From Octopus sinensis (Eukaryota): a stretch of DNA of 64,000 bases. The stretch lies in contig NC_043010.1 of NCBI RefSeq assembly GCF_006345805.1, positions 51,150,001 to 51,214,000 of the forward strand. Direction: 5' to 3'. The notes below the pieces were generated by a model. It was not told the origin of the DNA. It searched no databases and saw nothing but the letters and a program-made list of their open reading frames with translations. Of this stretch, positions 13,503 through 25,068 are shown piece by piece (the first letter of the stretch is position 1; each line of letters opens with the position of its first letter). The position numbers and the translations under genes are program-made.

Positions 13503-15346
13503 ATATATATATACATACATATATATATATATATATGAGGTAGACCCAGGAAAACCTGGGACGAGGTGGTGAAGCATGACCTTCGAACATTAGGCCTCAC
13601 CGAGGCAATGACAAGTGACCGAGACCTTTGGAAATATGCTGTGCATGAGAAGACCTGGCAGGACAAGTGAGACCATAACCCGTGGCCTTTACCAGGGATG
13701 TAGCCAGCCCACTTATGCATACCTTTCCTTCTTTGGACACAAAGCTCTGCTTGTGAAGACCTGTTGAGGCAAGTGAAATCAAAATCGAAATTGAATTTGA
13801 ATTCGAAATAGAACCAAATTTGACGACTGGCACCCATGCCAACCTCCCTTCATTGGACACTAAACTCTGTTTGCGAAGACCTGTTGGGGTAAGTGAAATC
13901 GAAATTGAACTAAATTCGATGACTGGCACCTGTGCCAGTGGCGCGCTAACAGCTCCATCCAAGCGGGATCACTGCCAGAGCAGCTGTCTGGCTTCTGTGC
14001 CGGTGGCACGTAAAAGCACCATTTGAGCGTGATCATTACTATCGTCGCCTTACAGGCCCTTGTGAACAAAACATTCGAGCGAGGTCATTGCCAGTGCTGC
14101 TGGACGGGCTCCTGTGCAAGTGGCACATAAAATTATGCCATTTCGAGGGTGGCTGTTGTCAGTACCGCCAGACTGGCCCTCGTGCCGGTGGCACGTAAAA
14201 GCACCTACTACACTCTTGGAGTGGTTGGCGTTAGGAAGGGCATCCAGCTGTAGAAACTCTGCCAGATCAAATTGGAGCCTGGCACAGCCATCTGGTTCGC
14301 CAGACCTGGTGGGGTTACATGAAAGATATCATGTAGTGCCCTAAAGTAAAGAACATGAATTACCTTACACAAAGAATAACTGCCACCATTGTGACTATTG
14401 ATGAAAGTATATTAAGAGGGAGATGAACAGAAATTGAGTATCATTTAGACATCCTTCATGCAATGAATGAGACCCCTATAGAAATTTATTAACTATTTGT
14501 ATATAAACATCCCTATTTACTTCATATTATGTAAACATTTCAGCAGTATCCAGTTTCTCTTGTAATTTTAATCAATTTGTGGACACCTTGTACGCATACA
14601 CACATATACACACATACATTAATATAAACATCAATGAGTCACTGTGGATTCATTGTTCCCTAGATTGAGATATTGGTGCCATTTGTGTTTCCATATAACC
14701 AAGCTACCTTCCAAAACAAAAAAAAAAGAAAATGGAAATCAACAAAGAAAATGTCTTCTCAATTGAAAAACATTTCAACTTGCTGCCCTTAATATTGCTT
14801 TATATGCTAATCAATAGTCTATAATACAAATTGGTATGTGAAGCTGAAATGACATTACAAAGCACTCTAGATTTCTCATAAAATCAATATATATGTTGTC
14901 ATTAGTTCATATACCTAAAAAATAAGCACACTCTAAAACATTAGAGCAGTAATTATGGAAGGTTGATTGTTATGGCTGGTCAGAGAGTGACCATTGGCTT
15001 CCCACCTATAAAGTGCTTAGCCGTATAGGCAACTCACCAAATGCAAGTGGCCGGAGGCACATAACTTCTCTACAACTGAATGGAGGAAAACGTCATGATC
15101 AGTTATCTTTGTAAACAAAAAATATATACATTATAGGCGTAGGAGTGGCTGTGTGGTAAGTAGCTTGCTTACGAACCACATGGTTTCAAGTTCAGTCCCA
15201 CTGCATGGAACCTTGCTTCCCAACCATATGGTTCCGGGTTCAATCCCACGCGGTGGGACTTTGGACAAATATCTTCTACTATAGCTTCAGGCTGACCAAA
15301 GCCTTGTGAGTGGATTTGGTAAATGGAAACTGAAAGAAGCCCGTCG

Positions 15347-15381
<35 letters not shown>

Positions 15382-16149
15382 TTTGTGTGTCTGTGTTTGT
15401 GCCCCCCCCCAACATCGCTTGACAACCGATGCTGGTGTGTTTACATCCCTGTAACTTAGCAGTTCTGCCAAAGAAACCAATAGAATAAGTACTAGACTTG
15501 CAAAGAATAAGTTCTGGGGTCAATTTGTTCGACTAAAGGCGGTGCTCCAGCATCACCACAGTCAAATGACTGAAACAAGTAAAAGAGTAAAAGAGTGACA
15601 TCAAGAATGACTCTACAGATAGTGTTTCAGGTGGGACAGAGTTATCCCCCCTTATATCAGTTACAACCATGATGATTTTTTAAAGTTGCTCTCATGGGTT
15701 CTATTCAACAAATGGGGAGTTCCAAGCTTGCAACAGGAAATGTCTCTGATGGGGACATTGACTAAACACCTCTTTTTTGGAGCTTAAAAAGCCTCCCCCA
15801 CTTCCCCCGTCATGCAGGTTTTTCAGGATCCTTGCTCACTCTGCAAAGCAAAACTTACATCATTTGCTCCCATTGATATATGACCCTAGTTGTTTGAGAA
15901 GCTTCCTTTAATTATGTATGGCATGCCCTCCTCTTTTAAATGCTATATTTGGCTGGTCAGGAATGTGATGTTGCACATCTCTGGTATCCTAAAAGAGGAC
16001 CAGAGGTTGCTCAGATATTGCTTAAAATGACTGCCAGTTGAACCAACATATTTCTGTGTCAGTGCACTGGATGTGCTACAGATGATGTTTCTTTCGTTAA
16101 CTCTGGACGTGACGTTATTGTTGTCACAGGTATTTTATGCACATCTCTG

Positions 16150-17240
16150 ACTTAATTTCCCAATGTATTTTTTTTTTACCTTTTGTAAGACTGAACTCTT
16201 TTCCTTGTAAACATCTGGAGAAAGTTTCATCACTTCTGTATAAAATACTGGCTGGTGTAATTAGTATTTTACATTTTTCTGTGATACATATATTGCATCT
16301 ATTGTCCTTGCCATTATATGACTCAACTACTTGACAATGCCTTATTTTATAGTAGCATTAACTCTAATGTGTTTAAATTTCCCAATATACTGGGACAATA
16401 GTGTAGATGATTTTATTTGTGGAATAAATATGCTGTATGTATTGGGTTTTGAATATATCTTTTGTAATCCTATATACGCAATTTCAATACCATCTATTGT
16501 TTTTACATCAGCTCTATGCAACAATGCTGTTGATAGGCATTTTCCATTGAAAAGACAGTTTAATATATTTCTACAACAACATTCAGGTATTGTGATTGTA
16601 TGGGGTTTACATGGTTTAGGTTTTATAATCGAAAATTTGGGATTCCATGTTACCTAAACAATTCTACTGATTTTTTTTTGTTTTTTTTTTTTGTTTTTTG
16701 TAAAGATCTTGTTAAATATCTTATGATAACTATGTGAAACAGGGAATCTGTATCTATGGCTGACAAAAAATTCCTTCCTATTTTTGTAGATACACTTATA
16801 TTACACAAAGTTTATTCCAAATTAACATCCTCTTTCTATATTTGATTTTTTTAAAGTTTATCTTTAAAGCCATGTTATAGAGACAGGACGGCTTTATTGA
16901 ATAATTCCTCTTCTCATGTCAAATTTGATATTCATCTGCTAATGTTAATAGTGAGATGTTTTATAATTGTGGATGGGTGGATAGAGCCCTTATTAATATA
17001 TAACAAGATTATACTTGAGAAGATGCAACATCCTGTGATGATTAAGGAAATATACCCATATTACATAAAGCCAATGTTAAAATGTCTTCCTCTGATATCT
17101 ATAGTATTTTTAACATAGCACATCCATAGGAGATGTTATCTCAGGACAAATACTGCAGCAGTTGGCCTATCAGCTGTGTATATTCACTAAGTATGATACA
17201 TAGATGGCCATTATAACTTATTTATTATGAGCTGCCAGTG
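16150..17240 (-). mobile_element. Penelope-like element relic (RT thumb plus GIY-YIG endonuclease)
   Basis: YINKGSIHPSTIIKH (cf. SNHPP), NCLFNGKCLST, AYIG, LLSQYIGK, CNICITEK; many stops. Confidence 0.8.
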
Positions 17241-17779
17241 AGAATTAATTTTAGAAACTACACATTTAACTGTGCTTAAATTACAACAATGGTGTGGTCT
17301 GTTTCTTGCTCACTTTGACACCTGCATGGCTCATGAGCACTTTTGGGACAAGAAATTTATCAGTCTCTGAAATAGATGCATGTAATGGAAAATCTCTTGC
17401 AAAGGATCAGAACTCTTGAGTGACTTGAATTAACATGATGATGATAATGGTAATGATGATGAAGATGATGATGATAACGGTGGTGGTGGTGTGGTGGTGG
17501 TGGCGATGGTGGTGGCAGTCATGGTGGCGGTTGTGGTGGCAGTGGTGGTGATGTGGTGGTGGTGGTGGTGGTGGTAGTGGTGGTGGTTGTGGTTGTGGTG
17601 GTGGTGGTGGTGGTTGTGGTGGTGGTAGTGGTGGTGGTGGTTGTGGTGGTGGTTGTGGTGGTGGTGGTGGTGTTTAGTGGTGGCAGCAGCAGTGGTGGTG
17701 GATGATAAAGTTGTGCATTTCAACAGAAATATGATAGCAAAGTGGTCAACACATTTGAAATTTAGTATGACATAAAACA

Positions 17780-18900
17780 AGTTCAACGCATTTGAAATGT
17801 TAATAAAGTGAATTTTATTAACTGGTAAATATTCCAGATAATTTTACATAAAACACAGCATTTGTTAGTAATGTTGTCAACGTTGGTTAAATACAGAAAA
17901 ACTATGTTGAATATTGATTTGATTAAATGCATAATAACCATGTTGGTTAAATATAACACAATCATATCTATTTATTAAATATAACAGAATTACATTGGTT
18001 AAATACTATAAAACCATACGTATTATTGGTAAAATATAGTAGAATTATATATAATACTGTTTAAATATACAATAGCTATACTGATGGAATATAACAGAAT
18101 AATATTCAATATTGTTTAAATATAACAGAGATATATTGGTTAAGTATAGCATTACTACAACCAATATTATTTAAATATAATAAAACTATATTGATGCAAT
18201 ATAACAGAATTATATCTATGCTGTTTAAATATAATACAATCATATTAGGTATATATATAACAGAATCATATCCATTATTAGTGAAATATTGTAGAATCAT
18301 GTTTAAATATAATAGAATCATATTAATTGAATATAGCACAATAATATCCAATATTATTTAAATGTATTCAAACCATATTGATTAAATATAACAAAATCAT
18401 ATCCAATATTGTTTAGATATATTAGAACCATACTGATTAAATAGAGCAGGATTGTATGCAATATTATTTAAAAATAATAAAACCATATTGGTTAAATTCA
18501 GCAGAGTCATAATATCTATTATTGATAATATATGATAGAAACATATCTACTACTATTTAAATATGCAAGAGCCATATTGGTGAAATATAACAGAATGATA
18601 TTCAATATTGTTTAAATATGATAGAAACATTTTGGTTAAATACAGCAAAATCATATACAATACTATTTAAGTATAGTAAACCTATATTGATTAGATATAA
18701 TAGAATCATCATTTATTCAAATATATCAGATCCATATCTAGTATCAATTAATTATAACAAAACTATATCCAATATTTATTAAACATCTTAGTATAGAACC
18801 ATATCCAATGGTGGTTAAATATATCAAAACCATATCAAATATTAGTTACATATTGCAAAGCCACATCGAATATTGATTAACATGTTTGCTGACACATAAG
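17780..18900. repeat. Degenerate AT-rich satellite (about 30-35-bp motif tattggttaaatataacagaatcat)
   Basis: The motif recurs throughout, and again at about 20730-21080 and 21420-21520. Confidence 0.8.
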
Positions 18901-18961
18901 ATACACCCTTTTTCTTTATTTAGTTGTATCGAAAGATTGCTCTGTGTCTAATGTGGCCAGA

Positions 18962-19194
18962 TTAACCCTTTCAATACCAACCCAGCTGAAACTGCCTCTG
19001 GCTCTGTAGTACAAATGTCATGTTTACATAAGTTTTGAATTAAAATCTTCCACCAAACCTTAGTCACAATTTATGTTCCTAACACTGGCTTAATGATAAT
19101 GAACTTATTTTATTAAATTCTTTGGTATATTTAAAATAATTGAAAAAAAAAAACACAGAGGATCTCAAAATAAATACGGTAACAAAAGGGTTAA
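18962..19194. mobile_element. piggyBac-type MITE (TTAA|CCCTTT...AAAGGG|TTAA); inverted sibling at 34446-34664
   Basis: TTAA target duplication with CCC/GGG termini. Same internal sequence reversed at 34446-34664; related termini near 19735, 21221, 25870-26077, 57445 and 60290-60515. Confidence 0.75.
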
Positions 19195-20776
19195 GGATGG
19201 GAGACTGAGTCTTGTATGTTAGGGAGCTGTATGAGCATAAATTTGTTAAGCACAATAATTGTTACCAATATTAGAATATTGAAAAAAAGCCAAAATATCT
19301 GTCTTTTAGCACAAATTTACAAAATAAAAAAAAATTGATTACAGTATGCTTGCAGTTATGTGGAGAGGTCAAATAATTTCAATATACCTCCTGCCCCAGC
19401 ATACATAACATGCACTTAATAAATGTCTTACATTATTTAATGACTGTTACCTTTAAGAAACGTTTCTTTAAATTATCTAAATCAAAATTCTCTGTAAAGA
19501 TGACAGAAATATCAACCTTTTTGTTACTACATTTCTGTCAGCATATGCTGCTTTTGTTTCAATTAATTTTCAAATAATGAGGAATTTAGTAAAATAACTT
19601 TCTGACTATTTGGCTGGAGTGTGGAACAAATTGGCATAAAATTTTGATAAAAGATTATAATTTAGATGACTTTAAAACAGTAAGTTTCTGCCATAGAACC
19701 TGGGGTGGTCTGAGGTGGGTTGGTATCAAAAGGGTTAAACTTTCATCTTGTTAAATATCTTATGATAACTATGTGAAACAGGGAATTGTATCTATGGGTG
19801 ACAAAAAATTCCTTGCTATTTTTGTAGATACACTTATATTACACAAGGTTTATTCTAAATTATCATCCTCTTTCTATATTTGATTTTTTAAAAGTTTATC
19901 TTTAAAGCCATGTTATAGAGACAGGACGGCTTTATTGAATAATTACTCTTCTCATGTCAAATTTGATATCCATCTGCTAATGTTAATAGTGAGATGTTAT
20001 ATAATTGTGGATGGGTGAATAGAGCCCTTATTAATATATAACAAGATTATACTTGAGAAATGCAACATCCTGTGATGATTAAGGAAATATACCCATATTA
20101 CATAAAGTCACTGTTAAAATGTTAATCTGACAATTTGAAATGTTTCTGTGAATCAAAATAAGGATTTCTTTTGACCAGACAAACACCACAAATGTGTGTG
20201 GTCTAGGCTATTGGACTTAAGATCATAAGGTGATGGGTTTAATTCCTGAACTGAGTAATACATTGTGTCCTTGTACAAAGTGCTTTACTTCATGTAGTTT
20301 CAGATCAGTCAGCTGATTTGTAATGAGTGGATGACAACAAAATCATAGCAGTGGTGCACCATGCTGGTGGCCAATTATGGTTGCACATCAAGGTAGCACA
20401 AAACATCACAGGCAAAAGAATAGGTTTTAAATCTTGTATGGCAGATATTTTGATCAAAATATAAGCAACTATACAGTTGATTTGAAAAACAATAAAACTG
20501 AAATACAGAATTCACATCATATAGTTTATTTATCATAAATTTATGGTTTCATATTTTATTCCAATATTCTGTCACAACATTGTATTTATACGCACCGAGT
20601 CATATATTTCCCCTACAAAACTGCTTTAAAATATCTTTCAATAAGTGTGTGATGAAACATACTAAATTTGTTCTTTCTACTAAATATTCTTGTCAAAAAT
20701 ATTCTTGATGTGTCTTATATGAGAATATATCTTATATGCTGGCAAATATGGTAACTGAAATATAACACAGCAATAT

Positions 20777-20943
20777 CTTAAAATCATATTTAATGTTGCT
20801 TAAAGATATCAAAAAATAATATTTAATGTTGCTTAAAGATATCAAAAAATCATATTTAATGTTGCTTAAAGATATCAAAAAATCATATTTAATGTTGCTT
20901 AAAAATATCAAAAAATCATATTTAATGTTGCTTAAAGATATCA
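20777..20943. repeat. 33-bp minisatellite, 5 copies
   Basis: Unit aaaaaatcatatttaatgttgcttaaagatatc. Confidence 0.95.
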
Positions 20944-21547
20944 GAAACATATCTTGTACTAATTCAATATAACAAAGCAATATCATCACTGGTCAAATAT
21001 AACCAAAACATTATTTAATATTGGTTAAAAGTAACCAGAACCATATTCAGTGATGGTTCAACGTAACAGAACCATAGAGTTGCAACAAACTTCTTATTAG
21101 CAAAACCAACAAGTTACTTCCAATTCTGATTTCACATTGCATCATTTGTATGTGAACAAATAGAAAAGGATATCATAGCTACTGAAATTAAAATATAATG
21201 TAATTGTATACAATATTGTTTAACCCTTCAGAATTCAGATTACTCTGTCAAATGTAATGTTTATTTATTCAGATTGTTTTTGAATTAATCATGCATTAAC
21301 TTGTCATTTTCAGATTTCACTGATGATGTGATTGTTTATTTTTAGAATGACGTTGTTGGGTAGGTGTGAGAGGTTGGATCTGGGTTTCTTTTAACATAAA
21401 ATAGGTAAAATAATTAAGGTGCGTATTACTGGTTTAAATGCTGAAGGATTAAATATAACAGAATCATATTGATCAGATGTAGCAAAATCATATCCATTAT
21501 TGCTCAAATTAAACAATGCTGAATGTGTGTGCATGTGTATAAGTTTA

Positions 21548-21593
<46 letters not shown>

Positions 21594-21686
21594 ATATATA
21601 TATATATATATATTATAATTATATACATATATAGTATATGTAGGTATGTATATACATTTATATATATATATATGTGTGTGTGTATG

Positions 21687-21741
<55 letters not shown>

Positions 21742-22017
21742 GTATAATATATATATCTCTATATATGTGTGTGTGTGTATATTTCTATATATATATATAT
21801 ATATCCATATAAACATATATATGTATATGTAGTTATGTATATATATATATATATGTGTGTGTGTGTATGTATGTGTGTGTGTGTATAGATATGTATATGT
21901 ATATATATATATATGTATGTGTGTGTGGGGGGGTGTATACATATGTATATATATTGTTTTTTTAGAAAAACATAAATCCAGAGAAGCACACTCTAAGAAA
22001 TAGAGTGGTCTATATTT

Positions 22018-22508
22018 ATTACCGGTGAAGGCTGGTTTATAGGGTTACCCTGGGTTTCTTATCATAAAAGGTACTTTATGGTGTATCTTCAGACCCTAAG
22101 ACCTGTTGGCCTATGGCCTCTTTAAAATATAGAGGGGAAACGAAACAGATATAAACAATAGGGATTATCTCCCTTTGGTGTTGGTCATCGGCTTCAGGCT
22201 GTGCTCCTTCAGCTACGCCACCTGTCAGTTATGAGTGTAAAAGGTAGAGGATTTTCTCTCACTCTCATCAGCAATCAATTTCCAGTGGTGGTGTAATTAT
22301 TGCTAATATTGCTAGTATCGCTATTATGCGGTTCCCAAAATGCTGGCAGGAATCACCTGAAATGCAAGCATGGCCCAGTATTGCTTCCCTCTCCATATTT
22401 TAAAGAGGCTATAGGCCAACAAGTCTTAGGGTCTGAAGATACACCATAAAGGTACCCTTTATGGCGAGAAACCCAAGGTAACCCAATAAACTGGCCTTCA
22501 CCAGTAAT
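22018..22508. mobile_element. MITE-like element with about 125-bp terminal inverted repeats
   Basis: attaccggtgaagg...ctttaaaatatagagggg mirrored by ccctctccatattttaaag...ccttcaccagtaat. Confidence 0.75.
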
Positions 22509-22562
22509 ATATATATATATATATAAATGTATAATATATATGTATATATGTCTCTCTCTCTC

Positions 22563-22597
<35 letters not shown>

Positions 22598-22600
22598 ATG

Positions 22601-22631
<31 letters not shown>

Positions 22632-22667
22632 CATGTACATATATATGTGTATATATGTATATATATA

Positions 22668-22699
<32 letters not shown>

Positions 22700-22869
22700 T
22701 ATATATATATATATATTATATATATATATATATAATATATATATATGGAGGTAGAGAAATAGAAAGAAAAATATATATATTATAATTAAAATAATGAAAT
22801 TTTTATAAACAAAATTTTAAAGCATTGCAAAGCATCAGCGTTTAAAAATAAAAGAAATAAAAAAACAGG

Positions 22870-23003
22870 TTATAATACAGCAAGGATATAGTTTACCAAA
22901 CAGCGGAATTGTGTCCATAAAACCATAATAATCAGCTCTACTAATTCAATGGCTGTCACAAGGCTTGCTCCAAGGAAAAGTCCCATCTGGCCACCGAATT
23001 GAG
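22870..23003 (-). CDS. DEG/ENaC channel, exon 8 (TM2: AQFGGQMGLFLGASLVTAIELVE...AVL*)
   Basis: Acceptor gtactttcacag|CT, phase 1. Contains the canonical GGQMGLFxGAS selectivity-filter signature and TAA. The eight exons sum to 1482 nt = 493 aa plus stop. Confidence 0.93.
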
Positions 23004-23877
23004 CTGTGAAAGTACATACAACAATGACAATAAAAAAAGCACTAGATGTCTGCCAAGTCATTTTTGATTAAATTAAGGAGTAAAAAATGTTTTCATTCAC
23101 TTTGTACATTTGCTCAACACCAGATGGGCCAGTAACATAAGTAAACTGTCATCTACTTTGGAAATATATATAGAATGACATATATATATATGGCCGTTGC
23201 CAGCTTCATCTGGTCCCCGTGCTGGTGGTACGTAAAAAGCACCATCCAATCGTGGCCGTTTGCCAGCTTCGTCTGGCTCCTGTGCCGGTGGCACGTAAAA
23301 AGCACCCACTACACTCACAGAGTGGTTGGCGTTAGGAAGGGCATCCAGCTGTAGAAACACTGCCAGATCAGACTGGGCCTGGTGCTGCCTTCTGGCTTCC
23401 CAGACCCCAGTTGAACCGTCCAACCCATGCCAGCATGGAAAGCGGACGTTAAATGATGATGATGATGATGATATATATACAATTTAAAAATAGGATAAAA
23501 TCTTTATAAGAATTTAGCAAGTAGTTAGCATGAAAAACCTTATAAGAGAAAAAAATCCACCAATTTTTTCACTTAAGTATATTTATTTATATTATATAGA
23601 GGGCATTATTATACATAAATGCCACATGCTAGGAGGGACTCTTAAAGTCAAAACTACCAAAATAAATAAACACATCATACTGAATGCAACTCTTGAAGCA
23701 TTTTTAAAGGTGTTTCCTTTAACTAGTTTTGCTTATATCGTTATTTCTGTTCTATTTTAACAAAACCTGTCTGATGAACAGGAACATGAAACTCTGAGTA
23801 ACAGCTTTTGTTATATTTCTGCTGCTTTTAATAAAGTATATATATATATATATATATATATATACTTTATTTAATAA

Positions 23878-24075
23878 ACACAATATATATTTTTATGTGA
23901 TACTAAATAGTTTCATGTGATGAAAGCAGCTCAGACAGCGTTTTTTAACATGTCTGGTGCCTTCACACAATTCTCAGACAGGATTGTGTGAAGACACCAG
24001 ACATATTTAAAAAATGCTGTCTGATCTGTTTTCATCACAAGAAATTATTAGTAGCTCATAAAAATATATATTGTG
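23878..24075. repeat. Imperfect palindrome (about 94-bp arms, 11-nt loop)
   Basis: gtctggtgccttcacacaat / attgtgtgaagacaccagac core extending to caatatatatttt / aaaatatatattg. Confidence 0.88.
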
Positions 24076-24168
24076 GTTATTAAACAGTATTTATCACTCA
24101 CCAGATGGAGTTCTTTTGTTTTGTTAATCTTACTATCATGGAACAGTACACTACACTACACTACACAC

Positions 24169-24200
<32 letters not shown>

Positions 24201-24976
24201 CATGTATGTGAATGTGTGTTAAATGATCAATTGTAAGGTCTCTCATAAGTATTGCTGGTAACATGGAGGCCAGTACAACTTGTTGTATGGTCAGGTTGTT
24301 GGCAACTAAACTGGCACCCCAGCCAAGCTAGTCTGGTGATGAAGGTGGCTAAAAATCCAACAGGACTAAAAACAAGACCTGTCAAAAGGACAGATGAACT
24401 TAATGTAGGTTCGATGGCTATCTAGCACAGGCCTTCAGACACTCCAGATCTGGCATGCTGGAAGACCTCTGGGAGCGAGGCACCCATCAGCTTTTTTTAA
24501 AGTATTTCTGTAGTAGAAGGTCAGTCTGATACAAAACCAGATATGCAAGGAATAGCATTGGACATTTTAGAGATTTTTTATTGCTCTTGAGCTGATGGCA
24601 CTTCTACATTTCTGGGTCCACAATCCATATTCATAATAGATATCTTACCTTAACTACTCTCTGGATCATGTCAGTAGAGTGGAGAGGGTTTATGAGGTGT
24701 CATGATACTCTTATTGGACTTAAAATTTTGCTTAGCCATTACTGACATTTTGCATTAGCATTATTTTGAAGCAATGGTCATAATTGTCTACTGAGTCAAC
24801 AGTCATCATGTGTGTGTGTGTGTGGTGTGTGTGTGTGTGTGTGTGGGTGCTTCTCATAATGTAAATGAGTGCATTACATTCATGTAATGGAAAAATAAAT
24901 TCACATCTATTTAATTAACCAAACAATTAAATAATCAAAGGAAATAATTTTAAAAAATTAAATGGTATGTATTTAC

Positions 24977-25068
24977 CTAAAAATGCCTCTGATGTATACA
25001 TTTCTTGTTCTGACATTTCTTTTAAAATCAAACTTTCATAATAAAGATGTATTTTGAATTTAGTGGGC
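24977..25068 (-). CDS. DEG/ENaC channel, exon 7 (PTKFKIHLYYESLILKEMSEQEMYTSEAFL)
   Basis: Acceptor ttttttttattcag|G, donor G|GTAAAT, 92 nt, phase 2-1. Aligns without gaps over 30 aa to ASIC1 [30 protein letters not shown]. Confidence 0.87.

Noticed and set aside
14363-14476. Minus-strand exon-like segment with AG and GTAATT boundaries
   Set aside because: All three frames contain stops and I see no family similarity.
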